The notes: a model not told the origin generated them from the sequence alone. DNA of 64,000 nucleotides from Eledone cirrhosa (GCA_964016885.1 OZ024744.1:61566001-61630000); one strand, 5' to 3'; positions 41,400-55,139 are shown, counted from the first letter of the stretch. Translations and numbers: made by a program.

Positions 41400-42130
41400 T
41401 TTATGTGTGTTCTATTGAAGTGAAATGGCCTTGCTCAGAATGTAGGAAAAGTGTAGGTAGAAACTCCATCCTCTGCCCCATATGCAAACTATGAGTACAT
41501 AAAAGATTTAGCGGGATCTCAGGAATTTTAGCTAAGAATGTAGGCTTTACATGTAGCAGTAGCACTGGAACAGTAAGCAGCAAACAAGCACTGAAAACAA
41601 GCACTACCAAATTCTGGAAGGGCTCTGTAGAAACAGTAGACAACTTCTGCTACTTAGGTGACCGAATTAGCAGCAGTGGTTTGAAAGTACAGTAACCAGC
41701 TGGAACAGGATGGAGGAAGTTCAGGGAGCTAATACCACTGCTGTGTACAGAACTAGTGTAGATTGGAAAGAAATTAAGCTTGCCTGCTTTGATGGATGTG
41801 TTAAAGTAATATACAAGAATAACGAAGCATAAATGAACTGAGAGAGAAACTAGGCATAAGAGGAATCAAATGCTGTGTGCAGGAGAGGAGATTGCGTTGG
41901 TATGGACATGTGATGCGTATGAAGGATGACAGCTGCATAAAATAGTGCAGGGCAGCACTCAAAGTCAATGGAAGGCGTGGAGTAGGGAGTCACAAGAAGA
42001 CTTGGGATGAAGTGATAAAAGCTGACTTTGCCCAATTGCACCTCTCAAAGGCGATGACACATGACGGAGGACTCTGGCAATACACAGTAATACAGAAGAC
42101 CTGACTTCCCACGAGCACAAGCTGAAGCAT
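41400..42130 (+). mobile_element. RTE-clade LINE fragment including a Cys-rich finger
   Basis: WPCSECRKSVGRNSILCPICKL*VHKR, then FCYLG and RRLRWYGHVMR; internal deletion relative to the 40068 copy. Confidence 0.85.
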
Positions 42131-43049
42131 ATATACAATATGCCCCACCCCACCATCCTACACACCCACATGAAAACAGGTCAAAGTAAATGCATCCAGT
42201 GAAGCCCACAGTGTAAAGTAGTTGTGATGGTGACACAGCAAAAACTGTCCAGCCCACACTGTAAAGTGGTCGTGTAGGCGTCACAACAAAAAGCACCCAG
42301 TACTCACTGTAAATGTGGTTGGCGTTAGGAAGGGCATCCAGCTGTAGAAAGCAAGCCAGTATCAATCCTGTATGAGCAAGACATGGTCACCTAACCTAGC
42401 ATTGCGCACAACAGGACAACCCGTCTAACCCTTGTTAGCATGGAAAATGGACATAAGGTGGAGGTGATGATGATGATATATGTATATACAAACAAATATA
42501 TATATATCATTATCATGATATATATATATGTGTGTGTGTGTGTATGTTATGTTTGGACCACAAAACATCCAGCCCACTCTGTAAAGTGGCCGTGTAGGTG
42601 TTACGACAAAAAGCAGCCAGTCCACACTGTAAAGTGGTCATGTAGGCATCACGACAAAAAGCAGCCAGCACACACTGTAAATGTAGTTGGCGCTAGGAAG
42701 AGCACTCAGCCATAGAAAACCATCCAGAAACTGTCCTATATGAGCGAGACATGGTCACCCGACCCAACTTGCCTCTAAATGAGACACACCTGTCTAACCC
42801 ATGCTAGGTTGTAAGATGGACGTTAAACGAATATGATGATGATGGTATATATATATATATATATGATTTCCTTCAAATGAAACTGTTCTAGTCCTGTAGA
42901 AGCCATTTATATATATATATATATATATATATATCATCTTTTATGTCTGCTCTTCCATGCTTGCTTAGATTGGATAGATCCTTTCCAGAGCAACCTCCCT
43001 CCACTTGCAGCATTCCTTTGTCATCTCCTGTTAACTTCATAGTTTGTTT

Positions 43050-43605
43050 AGATTAGATCATAGCATAGCATAAAAGGAATTGGATATAGTGTGCAAGATA
43101 AATGACATCTTTGGTATGGAAATGTGATGAGTATAGAAGATAACAGCTGTATAAAAAAAAGTGTGGAGAAATATCAGTGGGTTGAACTCAAGGAAGATGA
43201 CGACAAGAAAACATGTGATAAGATAATGTGAGCTGACCTTAAGAAGCTGAACCTCATAACAGAAATGAAAAAGGACCACGAAAGTTGGTGCTATGCTGTG
43301 CTGGTGAAGCAGGTCTACCAACCTAACATTTAACCAGACCTGTGTTGTTTCCTTGAGCAAGACACTTTATTTCACATTGCTCCAGTTTACTCAGCTGTAG
43401 AAATGAGATGATAGGGACTGGGGTCCATATCATTCCACTGCAAAGTGGTCGTTGAGGTGCCACGGCAAAAAAGCACCCAGCACTCACTGTAAATGAGGTT
43501 GGTGTTAGGAAGGGCATCCAGCTGTAGAAATCAAACCAAAATCAGTTCCCGTCCCACCCTTGCAAGCAGGGAAAAAGCGGACATAAAATGAAATGAAATG
43601 AAATG
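43050..43605 (+). mobile_element. Degenerate RTE 3' piece followed by a 5'-truncated CORE-like SINE (43340-43605)
   Basis: Sequence similarity to the copies above. Confidence 0.7.
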
Positions 43606-44529
43606 ACCCATCATCCTTATATGTACTCCCTGCCTCCACTATCACCTCTTAGTTGCTATCCTGTCTATCTTTAACCCTACATCCCTTCATTTTACCCCTA
43701 AAGTAGCTACTCTCAGCATCACTGTACACTCCACCCCTACTCTCTCCAGGATCACCTACAACATCCTAACACCTTCGCTCTATCCAGTGTCACAACCCAC
43801 CCGTCCCCTTAACTCACATTAGTCACAGTCCCTTAGTAGTTATTATCACCACAGTTCATCCCAAACAGCATGAGGTTACCCCCCTCTCCCATTCACCACC
43901 CTTCACCTTATCAAATCCTTCACACTTAGAGAAGGCTTTCCAGTTGAAACAAACTCTCTAGCGCCAGTGTCATGAAATATGAACCCAGTACCTCTTGTTA
44001 GATAGTTTGCAATAGGAAGGACATCCTGCTGTAGAAGCTATGTCAAAAGGGTTGAGCACACTCCTTGGTTTGGTTAACTTCAATAATCAGCTAAAATGGA
44101 TACTCTTCACTATTTCTATGAGTTAATGAAAGTTTACAGCATGTGCATATGTGTGTATGTGTATGCACATATGTGTGTGTTTATATATATAAATGTACAT
44201 ATATGTATGTAGATAGGTATGTGTGCATGTGTATGAACTTGATAAACAGTGTGTGTTAATGTGGTGGGGGATAGAGTTGTCTCCCTCTTGCAGAAGTCTG
44301 AGGTAGTTCAGAAAAGATTGAACTGAGTCAACAGATGGTGGGTCATCAATATCATCAGCAAGCTTAACAGTTGCAGTAGAGCTGGAATAAACTGGTTTGA
44401 TGAATGAATCAAGTTTCAGTTGTTTACCTTAATTCTGTTCAAAGGTGTTGATAATATTGCTGAAATAAAAATTAATGTTGACATATCAATTATGAAATGA
44501 CCTTATTAGAGATTTTTGTTTATCAGAGA

Positions 44530-44960
44530 CTAGCAGAAGTACCCGGCGTTGCTCAGATATTAAATAGCAGTTATGTATACCATTTTTTATGTCAATACTT
44601 CAGTGCTGCTTCGAAAAGTATACTTTTACAATATCATCGGCTTTTTCCAAAAGGGGGTTCCTGCCCCCAGGGGCCCCCTACTCAATATGTGCCAATTCTG
44701 AGAGTTCACATTAATCTGTAGAACAAACGTAGCCCATGTGTCAAGTTTGGTGAAAATCGGTTGCGAATTCCAGAAGTTATGACGTTTGGTTGCATTGCAC
44801 TGCAGTGCTTCAGTCAACTCCAAGGAAGCGGTTGCCGGGGGTTACCTGCCGGGGAGCCCTATAATCAATATCTGAAAAAATGAAAGTGTCCATGACCATC
44901 CGGAGTACATAAGTAAACTATGTCTTAAGTTTGGTGAAAATATTGTAGAAACGCATAAGG
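44530..44960 (-). mobile_element. Non-autonomous Helitron 3' portion
   Basis: CTAGCAGAAGTACCCGGCGTTGC is the same terminus as at 201; a further terminus lies at 34482. The far boundary is uncertain. Confidence 0.6.
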
Positions 44961-45668
44961 TTTACACACACACGCATGTGTGTGTGTGTGTATTTGCGCG
45001 TGCGTATGTATATGTATGTGTATGTCCGTCGGCGCATACGTATGTACTGGCCTAAATCTTCACTATTTACTTTTACTATTTTAAGGCAAAGTTAAAATCC
45101 CGTCGAAGTTAACTTTGCCTTTCATATTTACGGGGTCGATAAAATAAAGTTCCAGTAATGTACTGGGTAATTGCTGGCCTTGTGCCAAAAGTAGAAACAA
45201 CTATTTTAATAACCTGTCATTTTTGTTTACAATTTTATTTACATCATTCTTAAACTCCGGGGCTGGAAATCATTCGGTTATTTTAAATAGAATATTAGTC
45301 GAACGACTCCATTTATACTTGGTCTTGTCTTTGCATGAAATTGTTCTTCTCGGTCCACATAACGACGTATTATCCTCGCTTTTTTTTCCCGTTCATTGCC
45401 AGGGAACGTCTTCACGAACCAAAATATCGTTTTCCTGTCTTCCTTCGGTTGCAACGTTTCTCGAAATATTTACTTCTGCGTTCACAGATTGAATTTTTTA
45501 GTTTCAGGAGATCCTGTTAATGTTGAAAGCAGCGATTCTCAACCCCTCTCCTTTTTTGTTTCATACCCTCTCTCTCTCTTTCTCTCTCACTCATACCCGC
45601 CTCTCTCTCTCTCTTCCTATACAGAATGGAGAACAATAAAAAACGCGCAGATCTCTTTCTCTCTCTGT

Positions 45669-45726
<58 letters not shown>

Positions 45727-47235
45727 TTATGTGTGTGTGAACCAGCGTTCGTCGCCATTCTCTCTTTCTCTCTGTCTCTCTATCTGATTATCTTGTACCT
45801 CTCTCTGTATAACGACCTATCACACACTCTCTCTACATCTCCCTTTCTCTCTTTAGATGTATATGTATATGTGTGTGTGTGTGTGATATATATATAGAGA
45901 GAGTTGCAACACGTATGTAGTTTCATAGATTTTTGAGGGTAGTAGTGAGAGGAATTAAGCGTGTAAGAGATAGGGTTATGGCATGTATTTAGTTTTATCG
46001 ATTTTTTTTCATAGAAGCAGGAAATGTTTGGCAAAGTTTATTACGCGTTGACCATCCTTGGTAAATTTGGAGCACATTGGAAAAAATCAACAAAATTGGT
46101 AGAGAAATGTGGAAATGCATAAAAATCATACACACACAGACAGACATCTTCCGTTTTATAGAGATTTCGGTTTATTGGGAAATAACATACATAACATTTA
46201 AGGAGTCCACACTTATACACCATTATATGTCATCATCGTCATCATCATCATCACCATTTAGCATCCATTTTTCCATGCTTGTATAGACGGGTCGTCCACG
46301 CCAGGATGTAATTCTGGCTAGAGTTGGCCCTGTCGCACCTTGCTCCAGCGAGGACTGTATATTTAGCCAGGTATTTTACAGCTGGATGCCCTTCCTATCA
46401 CCAACCACATTTACAGTGTGGAACTGGATGCCTCTGTTATGAAGAGGGACAGGCCAGTTGACTGCGCTGAACCCATCTCACAATGGAACCATAGATTTGG
46501 AGCCCGGTACTGGATGGCACCGATACGAGGAGCCTAACCCATCTCACAGTGTAAACACAGTTTTGCGGCCCATTACTGGATGGCACCGCTATGAGGAGTG
46601 GCAGGCCAATTGGCCACGCTAAATCCATCTAACATCATTACCACATATGCACATGCAATTTGTGTGAACAAGCACAAGCAACCTTTCATTACCTTAGCCT
46701 TGAATTCTTTATTTTTGTATAGAAATCATCTGTTGACATGATTTCATTTGTTACCAAATTAATGGAAACACATTCGTTAATAAAGGCCTTTGTTATCAAA
46801 AGGTCGACTGTTGATGTATATTCAGGGGAAGCCTTTTATTATAATCTTCCACAATGTTATCATAATCTTGAAAAATGGTTGTCGTTATCAAAATTTCTGG
46901 ATCCTAAATTGTTTATTTACAATGAATCCTTTTATTAGAATCAAGGTTATATTCCTTATATTCTATATTTGATCTTTATCAGCTGGTAGTTGTTATTTGT
47001 ATTAGTTTCACCTGAAAATTGTAAGAATAAACAGTTTCCACTCTGTGTGTGGGTTTGTGTGTATGTATGTATACATGCATACACACAAACACACACATGC
47101 ATAGATATATATATATATAGGATGTCACAAAATGTATACACACTTCAACAGCATTCTAATAAATATTGCCTGTACAGGTAGTCAAAGTGTGTATACATTT
47201 TTTGGGGACACCCTATATATATATGTGTGTATATG

Positions 47236-47292
<57 letters not shown>

Positions 47293-47676
47293 GTTTCTTA
47301 TATAGGCACAAGGCCAGCAATTTTGGGGGAGGGGAAAGTCGATTAAATCGACCCCAGTGCGTGACTGGTACTTTATTTTATCGACCCCATAAGGATGAAA
47401 AGCAAAGTTAATCTCGGCGGGATTTGAGCTCAGATCATAAAGAGCCATAACTCTATGCTGTAAAGCATGGTGTCCGACTCTCTACAATAATAATAATAAT
47501 AATAATTGTTTCTACTTTTGGCACAAGGCCAGCAATCACCCAGTGCATTACTGGTACTTTATTTTATCGACCCCGTAAGGATGAAAGGCAAAGTTAACCT
47601 TGACGGGATTTGAACTCAGACTGTAAAGGGAAAGCATGGCGTCCAACTCTCTACAGATACTGCCAATCCACCGCCC

Positions 47677-47733
<57 letters not shown>

Positions 47734-48164
47734 CTAAAATCGGAAGAGGGGTCAATAAGGATAATATATATATAAAAATATATAAAACCATAGAACAAAT
47801 ATTTATTAAAATAACAGATTAATGTTTAAGCAGCAATTCTTTGCTTAAACTTTAATCTGTTATTTTAATAAATATATATATATGTGTACATATATGTATG
47901 TGTATATATATATATATATATACAAAGTGTTAAAACGATCAAATTTTAGTTTAGAACATTTATTTGCTGACAATTGTTGGATTTTCAACCCAAGTGGGGT
48001 TGTGACTGAGAATGGAAGTGTATATGGGTTGAGTGGATTTTGTGCAATGGACATCAATAAGTGAGACAACTCAAATTAGATTAATGCAAAGGAGACGATT
48101 TTCGTTTTAGTTAGTTCATTTCGGGTAAGATTTATCCTAGATCTTTGTAGTTATGTAACATATA

Positions 48165-48720
48165 TTTCACAGTGTGAAATTGAGACAAGTACAATTACGT
48201 AATCGCTGCAAGATATTCATTTGTTCATCGATGCACAACCTACAGGACAAATTCCCATTTTTGTATGGCCTAGATTTGGTCAGAACTTTCCATTGAATAG
48301 AGTAATTGACATCTGCATCGTTGAGTGATCATATGTGGCTTCCTAGCTTCATGGACGAACCCTTATCGGAGTGTCTTAAGACCGTGAGATGGTTAAGAAA
48401 GTGTTCTTTAAACTGGCCCTCATCCATGCCTACATATGTTTTGACCTCCTACTGTTGGTTTGGTCGAGTAGATGTAACTTCAGCCTTATAGACTATTGCA
48501 TGTATGTAATACTGTTGTTGAAGGATGCATGTTTCTAGCCTTCAGCAAGAGCATCCGGGTGGGGGTGAGCTCTTGGGGTTGGTGGTGATGTGGGCTTTCA
48601 CATTTTTAGCACAGGAATAACCGAGTTTCACCCTATCTATGTTCAATAGGCACAGATTTCTTCAATCGGTTTCTACACCACTAAATTCATCTTTAAACAA
48701 AGGAAGATCCCTCAAACATT
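48165..48720 (-). mobile_element. Penelope-like retroelement remnant (GIY-YIG endonuclease pseudogene)
   Basis: Manual translation with stops: VKLGYSC...AIVYKAEV...KTYVGMDEGQFKEHFLNH...KLGSHI*SL....YSIQWKVL...PY.....CRLCIDE...CLN. Confidence 0.85.
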
Positions 48721-50496
48721 GGGATAGCACCTCTTCCACCTCAAAGGGTCCCATCTCTAAAAGCTATCACTCATAACTATAATTGATCGTAAGGCTTCTA
48801 TAAAACACCCACAAACTGTAATTTTTTCGTTGCTTACCATTAATCTTTCTTTACTTTGTATTGCAGACTACCTTGCTAACTTTTAACTGACAATAGTGCT
48901 TCCCTTATCTATATTTTTATCTCCATCATATACATAATATTATCTTGTTCTCCTGTTAAGTTCAGCATTTATGGGTAGTATCAAGCAAAATGAAAATGTG
49001 ATGAGTAAGTAGTACAGCACTTTACACATTGGTTGCTTGACAGTGACAGAGGCATCCACTGATCTCACCATAAACCATGTACTCTAACCACCTAACGTCA
49101 TATATCCTCTCAACAGAACTCTCACACACATATATATATGTGTGTGTGTGTTCAGTGAAAGTTGTTTCGGTAAAAAATCAGGAGTAAACAGGAGAAAGCC
49201 CTCTACATTTGTAGTGTGTAGTTACGATGGAGATTCACTATAAGAATAACATTAAAAAGATGCTGATATTAAATGATTTATGCAATATCAGCATCTTTTT
49301 AAATGTTATTCTTATATATATAGTTGTTTCTACTTTTTGGCACAAGGCCAGAAATTACTCAGTGCATTACTTGGTACTTTATTTTATCAACTCCGTAAGG
49401 ATGAAAGGCAAAGTTAACCTCGGCGAGATTCGAACTCAGAATGGCAAGGGCCGTAACTCTATGCGTCAAAGCATAGCGTCCGACCCTCTACCGATACTGC
49501 CAATCCACCGCCCTATATATAGTGTTTGTGATTCAGTGAATTACTGGTTGTGGTACCAAAACAAGCACTCTATGCACAGACAGAGTGTATATATTAGAAG
49601 ACCAACACAATGCGTTATGAAGATTGTTAAATTGCCAAGATAACAAAAGAATCTTACCTTAGCAAGTTTAACGATCCCAAATATTTTCAGGTTTATTCAA
49701 GGGAATAACCTTATGAGAGGCTTAAAAATCGATCGGATTGACATGTTTGTATGGAAGCAGATTTAGTCAAATGAAATGAAAAGACGTCTTTTCATTTCCC
49801 TTAAATCTTTATTAGCAGGTGACAGAATAACCAATATGTGAGTGCTATTGCTTTTTATACGTGCCAGTGTTCTCACAATGTTCAACCCTTTCGTTACCAT
49901 ATCTCTAAATGAAAGACACTCACTGATTTTCACTTAATCTTGAAAATAATCAAGAATTTAAAGGGGTTCAGTAATGTAACTAAGTGTAACTAAGGTTCTT
50001 AGATAAATATAAACATTAAGCATAGAACCAAGAGCAGTTTCCGTCGGATTGGTAGCAAAAGGATTGAACCCCACTGAAATCTATTGGATAGGTTCGGTTT
50101 GAACCCCCTTGAATCATAGGTCTACTCGTTCAGTGCTGACCTGGGGTTAAACAATGACTTCTAATAATATACCAATAACAACATTAAATAGTAAGCAGTA
50201 ACAACAAGGCTGTCGTCATAGGCATCTTTATTCAGCGCAAAAACCATTTAAAGATAATCAACCAAAGAAGGACTGCCTGTCTAGTTTATTTATAAGTAAT
50301 TATCTGAATTTGTTTGCGTAAACTCATCTCGATTTAAATATAGGTCAGTGTGTGAGTGTGCGCGCGTCATTTATATGTACCATACAAAACCGCCAGTTTG
50401 TGTCAATGTTCACACCCTATTTTTTAACAAATTTTTACATAAAACGTCTTTATCCATATAGTGCTTTCTAAAGTTTACTGTAGTTATTTATAATTC

Positions 50497-50812
<316 letters not shown>

Positions 50813-51011
50813 AGAAGTTATATTTAATTTGTTGGGATACAACAAGCAAATATTTTTATAACTGATATAAAGCACTCAACAAATTTTTGGAGTAAAAATA
50901 CAATATATTAACAAATGGAAACTATATTTATAAAACCATGTCGGTTGGAAGCTCCCCGGTCGCATTCTTTAAGGGTATGTCAATATTTGTTTATAAAACT
51001 GATCTATATTA

Positions 51012-51076
51012 TATTTTATCTGATGAAAGCGCACCATAATTTGCTTTGGTGTCCTTGAAATATGTATAATGAAATA
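51012..51076 (+). ncRNA. Type I hammerhead ribozyme motif
   Basis: TATTTTAT-CTGATGA-AAGCGCACCA...TGGTGTCCTT-GAAA-TATGTA-TA-ATGAAATA. Confidence 0.7.
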
Positions 51077-51114
51077 AATATGGTTTTATAAATATAGTTT
51101 CCATTTCTTAATAT

Positions 51115-51170
<56 letters not shown>

Positions 51171-51208
51171 GATAAATCTACCAAGAGTTTACGGTAGTGT
51201 CCAATCCG

Positions 51209-51356
51209 ATTATTTCTGAAGACGGCGTATATATGTGTTGGTATGTATATTTAATCTTGATAGTTTGTATAATTTTGTATAATTTTGTACATAGATCTGT
51301 TGAATATGCATGCCAACTCTAACACATATATATCCTAGAAACGATCGTTAAATAAT
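51209..51356 (+). ncRNA. Type I hammerhead motif with ~115-nt helix II
   Basis: ATTATTT-CTGAAGA-[TATATATGTGTT...AACACATATATA]-GAAA-CGATCG-TT-AAATAAT; helix III is palindromic. Confidence 0.65.
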
Positions 51357-51512
51357 GAACTTTTTTTGTTTAATATAAGGAATTGTTTATTCATTATTTG
51401 TTTAATATTTTATATATATATATATACATATCCGATAAATAAAGTGATAAATAAAGTAAGCATGGATTGAATTAGATATATTGAAATGATTTAAACAAAT
51501 CTGCTGTCATTT

Positions 51513-51561
<49 letters not shown>

Positions 51562-52119
51562 AATATGTTGGATCTTTGTTAAAGTTTAGATTTAGGTAAA
51601 TAATCAACAGTATAATATTTCATTCTTTATGTGCCAGCTAAATCCTTTAAATGTTACCCTCATAAAATTCAGAACCTTAGAAATGATAACACACTTATCG
51701 AATTTATAAAACTAATATATAAATAACCACTAAATAATCCTGAAATCTGGAGTCTTCACCCTAATATTATAAATTAAATATTTTCAAATTTAACCGTTTA
51801 ACTTTCGGAAAAAATCTCCTTCTGCATATATCACCCCACCCCCTTTATCTTTCCCTCTTTATAAATCCTTTTCCAGTGGCTATCACTGGCTGTTATGATT
51901 CATGAGATGTTTTCCTAGATATATCGTAGAATCATACATTTTAAAATCTCTAGAACAGTTACAGTAAGCAATGTTTTTCTTACTCACACATTCTCTAATG
52001 AATTTATTACGTTTTCGCATTTTCTCATAATTAGAGTATATATGTTAAATTTTCTCTTAGGTTAATCACTACCTTGATTAAATCTTAACCATTTAACATC
52101 TCAGGGTATGTCATGTATC

Positions 52120-52182
52120 ATTATATTTTGTCTGATGAGGACGTACTGTTGTACATCCGAAATATGTATAATAAAATGTAAT
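52120..52182 (+). ncRNA. Type I hammerhead ribozyme motif (best preserved)
   Basis: ATTATATTTTGT-CTGATGA-GGACGTAC-TGTT-GTACATCC-GAAA-TATGTA-TA-ATAAAATGTAAT; 12-bp helix I including G.U pairs; predicted cleavage after 52170. Confidence 0.8.
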
Positions 52183-52215
52183 TGATCAAAAGAAAATCTA
52201 TTTTATTAATATTTA

Positions 52216-52346
52216 TGTCAGTGTTGAACAAACGAGCAACGATGGTTGCTGGACACTACGGCTTAATACGGGATGTTTGTTTACAAACACACCGAGCATT
52301 ATAATAAATGTTCGGTGAATCCATACGTACATATATATGTGTGTGC

Positions 52347-52411
<65 letters not shown>

Positions 52412-52875
52412 CTACTGTACGTTTGTATACATATATGTATGTACGTGTACATACTTATATTTAAGTAACAGCCGTACTAAGAGTGGAAAATGAAATTTCG
52501 TTTCATTTTTTTCGTTTATCGTTTTCGGTGCAGCCGGCCGATTAACCCACTCGATATGCAAATTGGGCTACTCAGCCGTTAATATGCATAAGGTAAGTAT
52601 ATACGTTCAACAATCAGGCAGGAAGGTATACGTTGCTGACGATAGCTAATAAGCTTGAAACTAGTACAGCGTTCCTTTGTCAGTGTTGAACGATGGTTGC
52701 TGGACACTACGGCTTAACACGGGATGTTTGTTTACAAACACACCGAGCATTATAATAAATGTTCGGTGAATCCATACGTACATATTTATGTGTGTATGTA
52801 TGTATATATATATATATATATACATACTACTGTACGTCTGTATACATATATGTATGTGTGTGTAAATACTTATAT
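52216..52875 (+). repeat. Two direct copies of a ~200-250-bp unit
   Basis: 52216-52460 and 52678-52875 share TGTCAGTGTTGAAC...CACCGAGCATTATAATAAATGTTCGGTG...CATACTACTGTACG. Confidence 0.9.
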
Positions 52876-53402
52876 TTTAATATTATATATATATATATAT
52901 ATATAACGAAGGTGGTGTGGTAAGGAACCAGATGGACCATAACGCACCAGAGTACTCAATGCTTAGGGTAGTAGAGTGGGTAATGGAAAATGTTTGACCC
53001 CGGCGGCAGAGCTCAAGCCGTTTCGACGGCTATTTCTGGACTCTGAGTCCAGCCGTCAAAACGGCTTGAGCTCTGCCGTCGGGGTCAAACATTTTCCTAT
53101 ATATATAGATAGATAGATCTAGATAGATAGATCTAGATATATATGTATATTTAATATTAAAACTCTACTACCGTAGGTAGTAGAGTTTTAATATTAAGGC
53201 TAAAAAGTGAGTTTTGTTACTCTGGAGTTTTGCCTGTTTATAAATATAAATTTTGAGTATGTATTGGTTGTTTACCGACACCTCAATATGCAGGTTGGAG
53301 CACTCAACGAAGTGCGCAGTTTGGTTTGTTCACTCCGGAGTAATGTAAAATAATAAGTGTAAGTCAAACATGTTAAAGTTGGCTTCGTTTATTCCAGTTC
53401 GT

Positions 53403-53453
53403 TGCTATACATATTTCAGTGACAGCCATTATTGGCTGTGACCTCATCAGGCA
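53403..53453 (-). ncRNA. Type I hammerhead ribozyme motif
   Basis: Minus strand: TGC-CTGATGA-GGTCACAGCCA-ATAA-TGGCTGTCACT-GAAA-TATGTA-TA-GCA; helix I is short. Confidence 0.7.
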
Positions 53454-54186
53454 GTAAGAAAATAGGCAGAAAAAACAGGAAAACATGATGTTGTAATGGG
53501 TTCTACCCTGTTAATTCATCGATATGTCCAGCTCCCCTGATTTCTTTCTTTGATAGGGTATATGTCACCAAACCCAGGACCATCACTGAACTAAATGAAA
53601 ATATCAGGGAGAAGATCAGAGCCATCCCTAAGTCAGTTTGTAAAGATTTTATGCTAAACTTCACCATGCACTTCTGTTACCATAACAGAGGTTCGACAAG
53701 CTTTTGATTCCAGAGTTGGGCCTAATCAATGCAGATCAAGCCTTGAGCAAAACGCACGTTACACCTCAATAAATATAATGAAGATTTAACTCCTCGTCCT
53801 TTTCATTATTATTATATATATATATTGTTATACTTTGGGAGGGTCATGTTGCCAATAAGAAACACACGCACCAGTTGCTTTCACTTCAATTTAATTTAAT
53901 ATATATTTATAAATTTATAAATTTACAAATTTATAAATTTCTGGTTGGTATAACAATATCGGTTTCAACACACGATTTCAGATAAAGAATCTTGCTAAAC
54001 AAATTCAGAAACGAAATATATATATATACTTTGGGAGGGTCATGCTGCCAATAAAAAACACATGTACCTGTTGGATTTCACTTCAATTTATTATTTAATT
54101 ATCTAGTCAGTTTAATAACCGGATGGTTGTTTAGTTGTTGATTATCATCAAAGTTCTTTCATCACACATCCTGTGACCTCTTCAGA

Positions 54187-54606
54187 TATATATAGACAAT
54201 ATTCAAGAACTTCAGACTCTTCAGATGGCTTCTTTGAAAGTATAAATAAATATTCACCTGTTAATGGATGGAAGAATCGTCCATTGCTGTCGTCACATGA
54301 TGTAGATTTTCATGCATGTGTAGATCAAGCAGGCAAGTGAATATTTGTACACAGGACAAAGACAAGTATAATTACCACTAAACATAGCAGATATATATAA
54401 AATCTATCAACTCAATAATGATGGAGTAGCAAATATCAAACAGAAGGTTATTTGTCACTGATGTACTGAAACGCATGCATGAACATCTACAACATGTGAG
54501 AAGGACAATGGAAGGTTCTTCCATCCACTAACAGCTGAATGTTTATTTATACTTTCAAGGAAGCCATCTGACGAGTCTGAAGTTTTTTTAATATTGTCTA
54601 TATATA
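54187..54606. repeat. Diverged ~135-bp inverted repeat flanked by (TA)n
   Basis: 54187-54320 is the reverse complement of 54472-54606 with scattered mismatches. Confidence 0.9.
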
Positions 54607-55139
54607 TATATTGTTATCAGATGAAACTGTAGTAATGGCAAGATTAACAGTAGACCAGCCTTATTTTAGACTGCTCTGCTAAGAATCTCCCATAGCTAAC
54701 TTTGTAAAAGTTTCTCTATATCAGCATTGTCATTGTTTAATGTCCATTTTTCCATGCTAGCATGGGTTAGATGGGTTGTCCTGTTTGAGGCAAGTTGAGA
54801 CAGATGACCGTGTCGTGCTCACACAGAACTGTTTCTGGCTTGGTTTCTACACCTGAATGCCCTTCCTAACACCAACCACATTTACAGTATGTGCTGGGTA
54901 CCTTTTGTTGCAGCACCTACACAACCACTTTACAGCGTAGGCTGGGTGCTTTTTGCCATATTGCCATCGGGACCACTTTACAGTGTGAGCTGGGCGCTTT
55001 TGGTCGTATCACCATCATGACCACTTTTCAATGTGGGCTGGGGGCTTCATTCGACATATGCTACAGCCGATCCTCATGAGAGATGTATGGGAAGGTGGGG
55101 GGGGGGGCGTGCATACTATATATATATATCTATATATAT

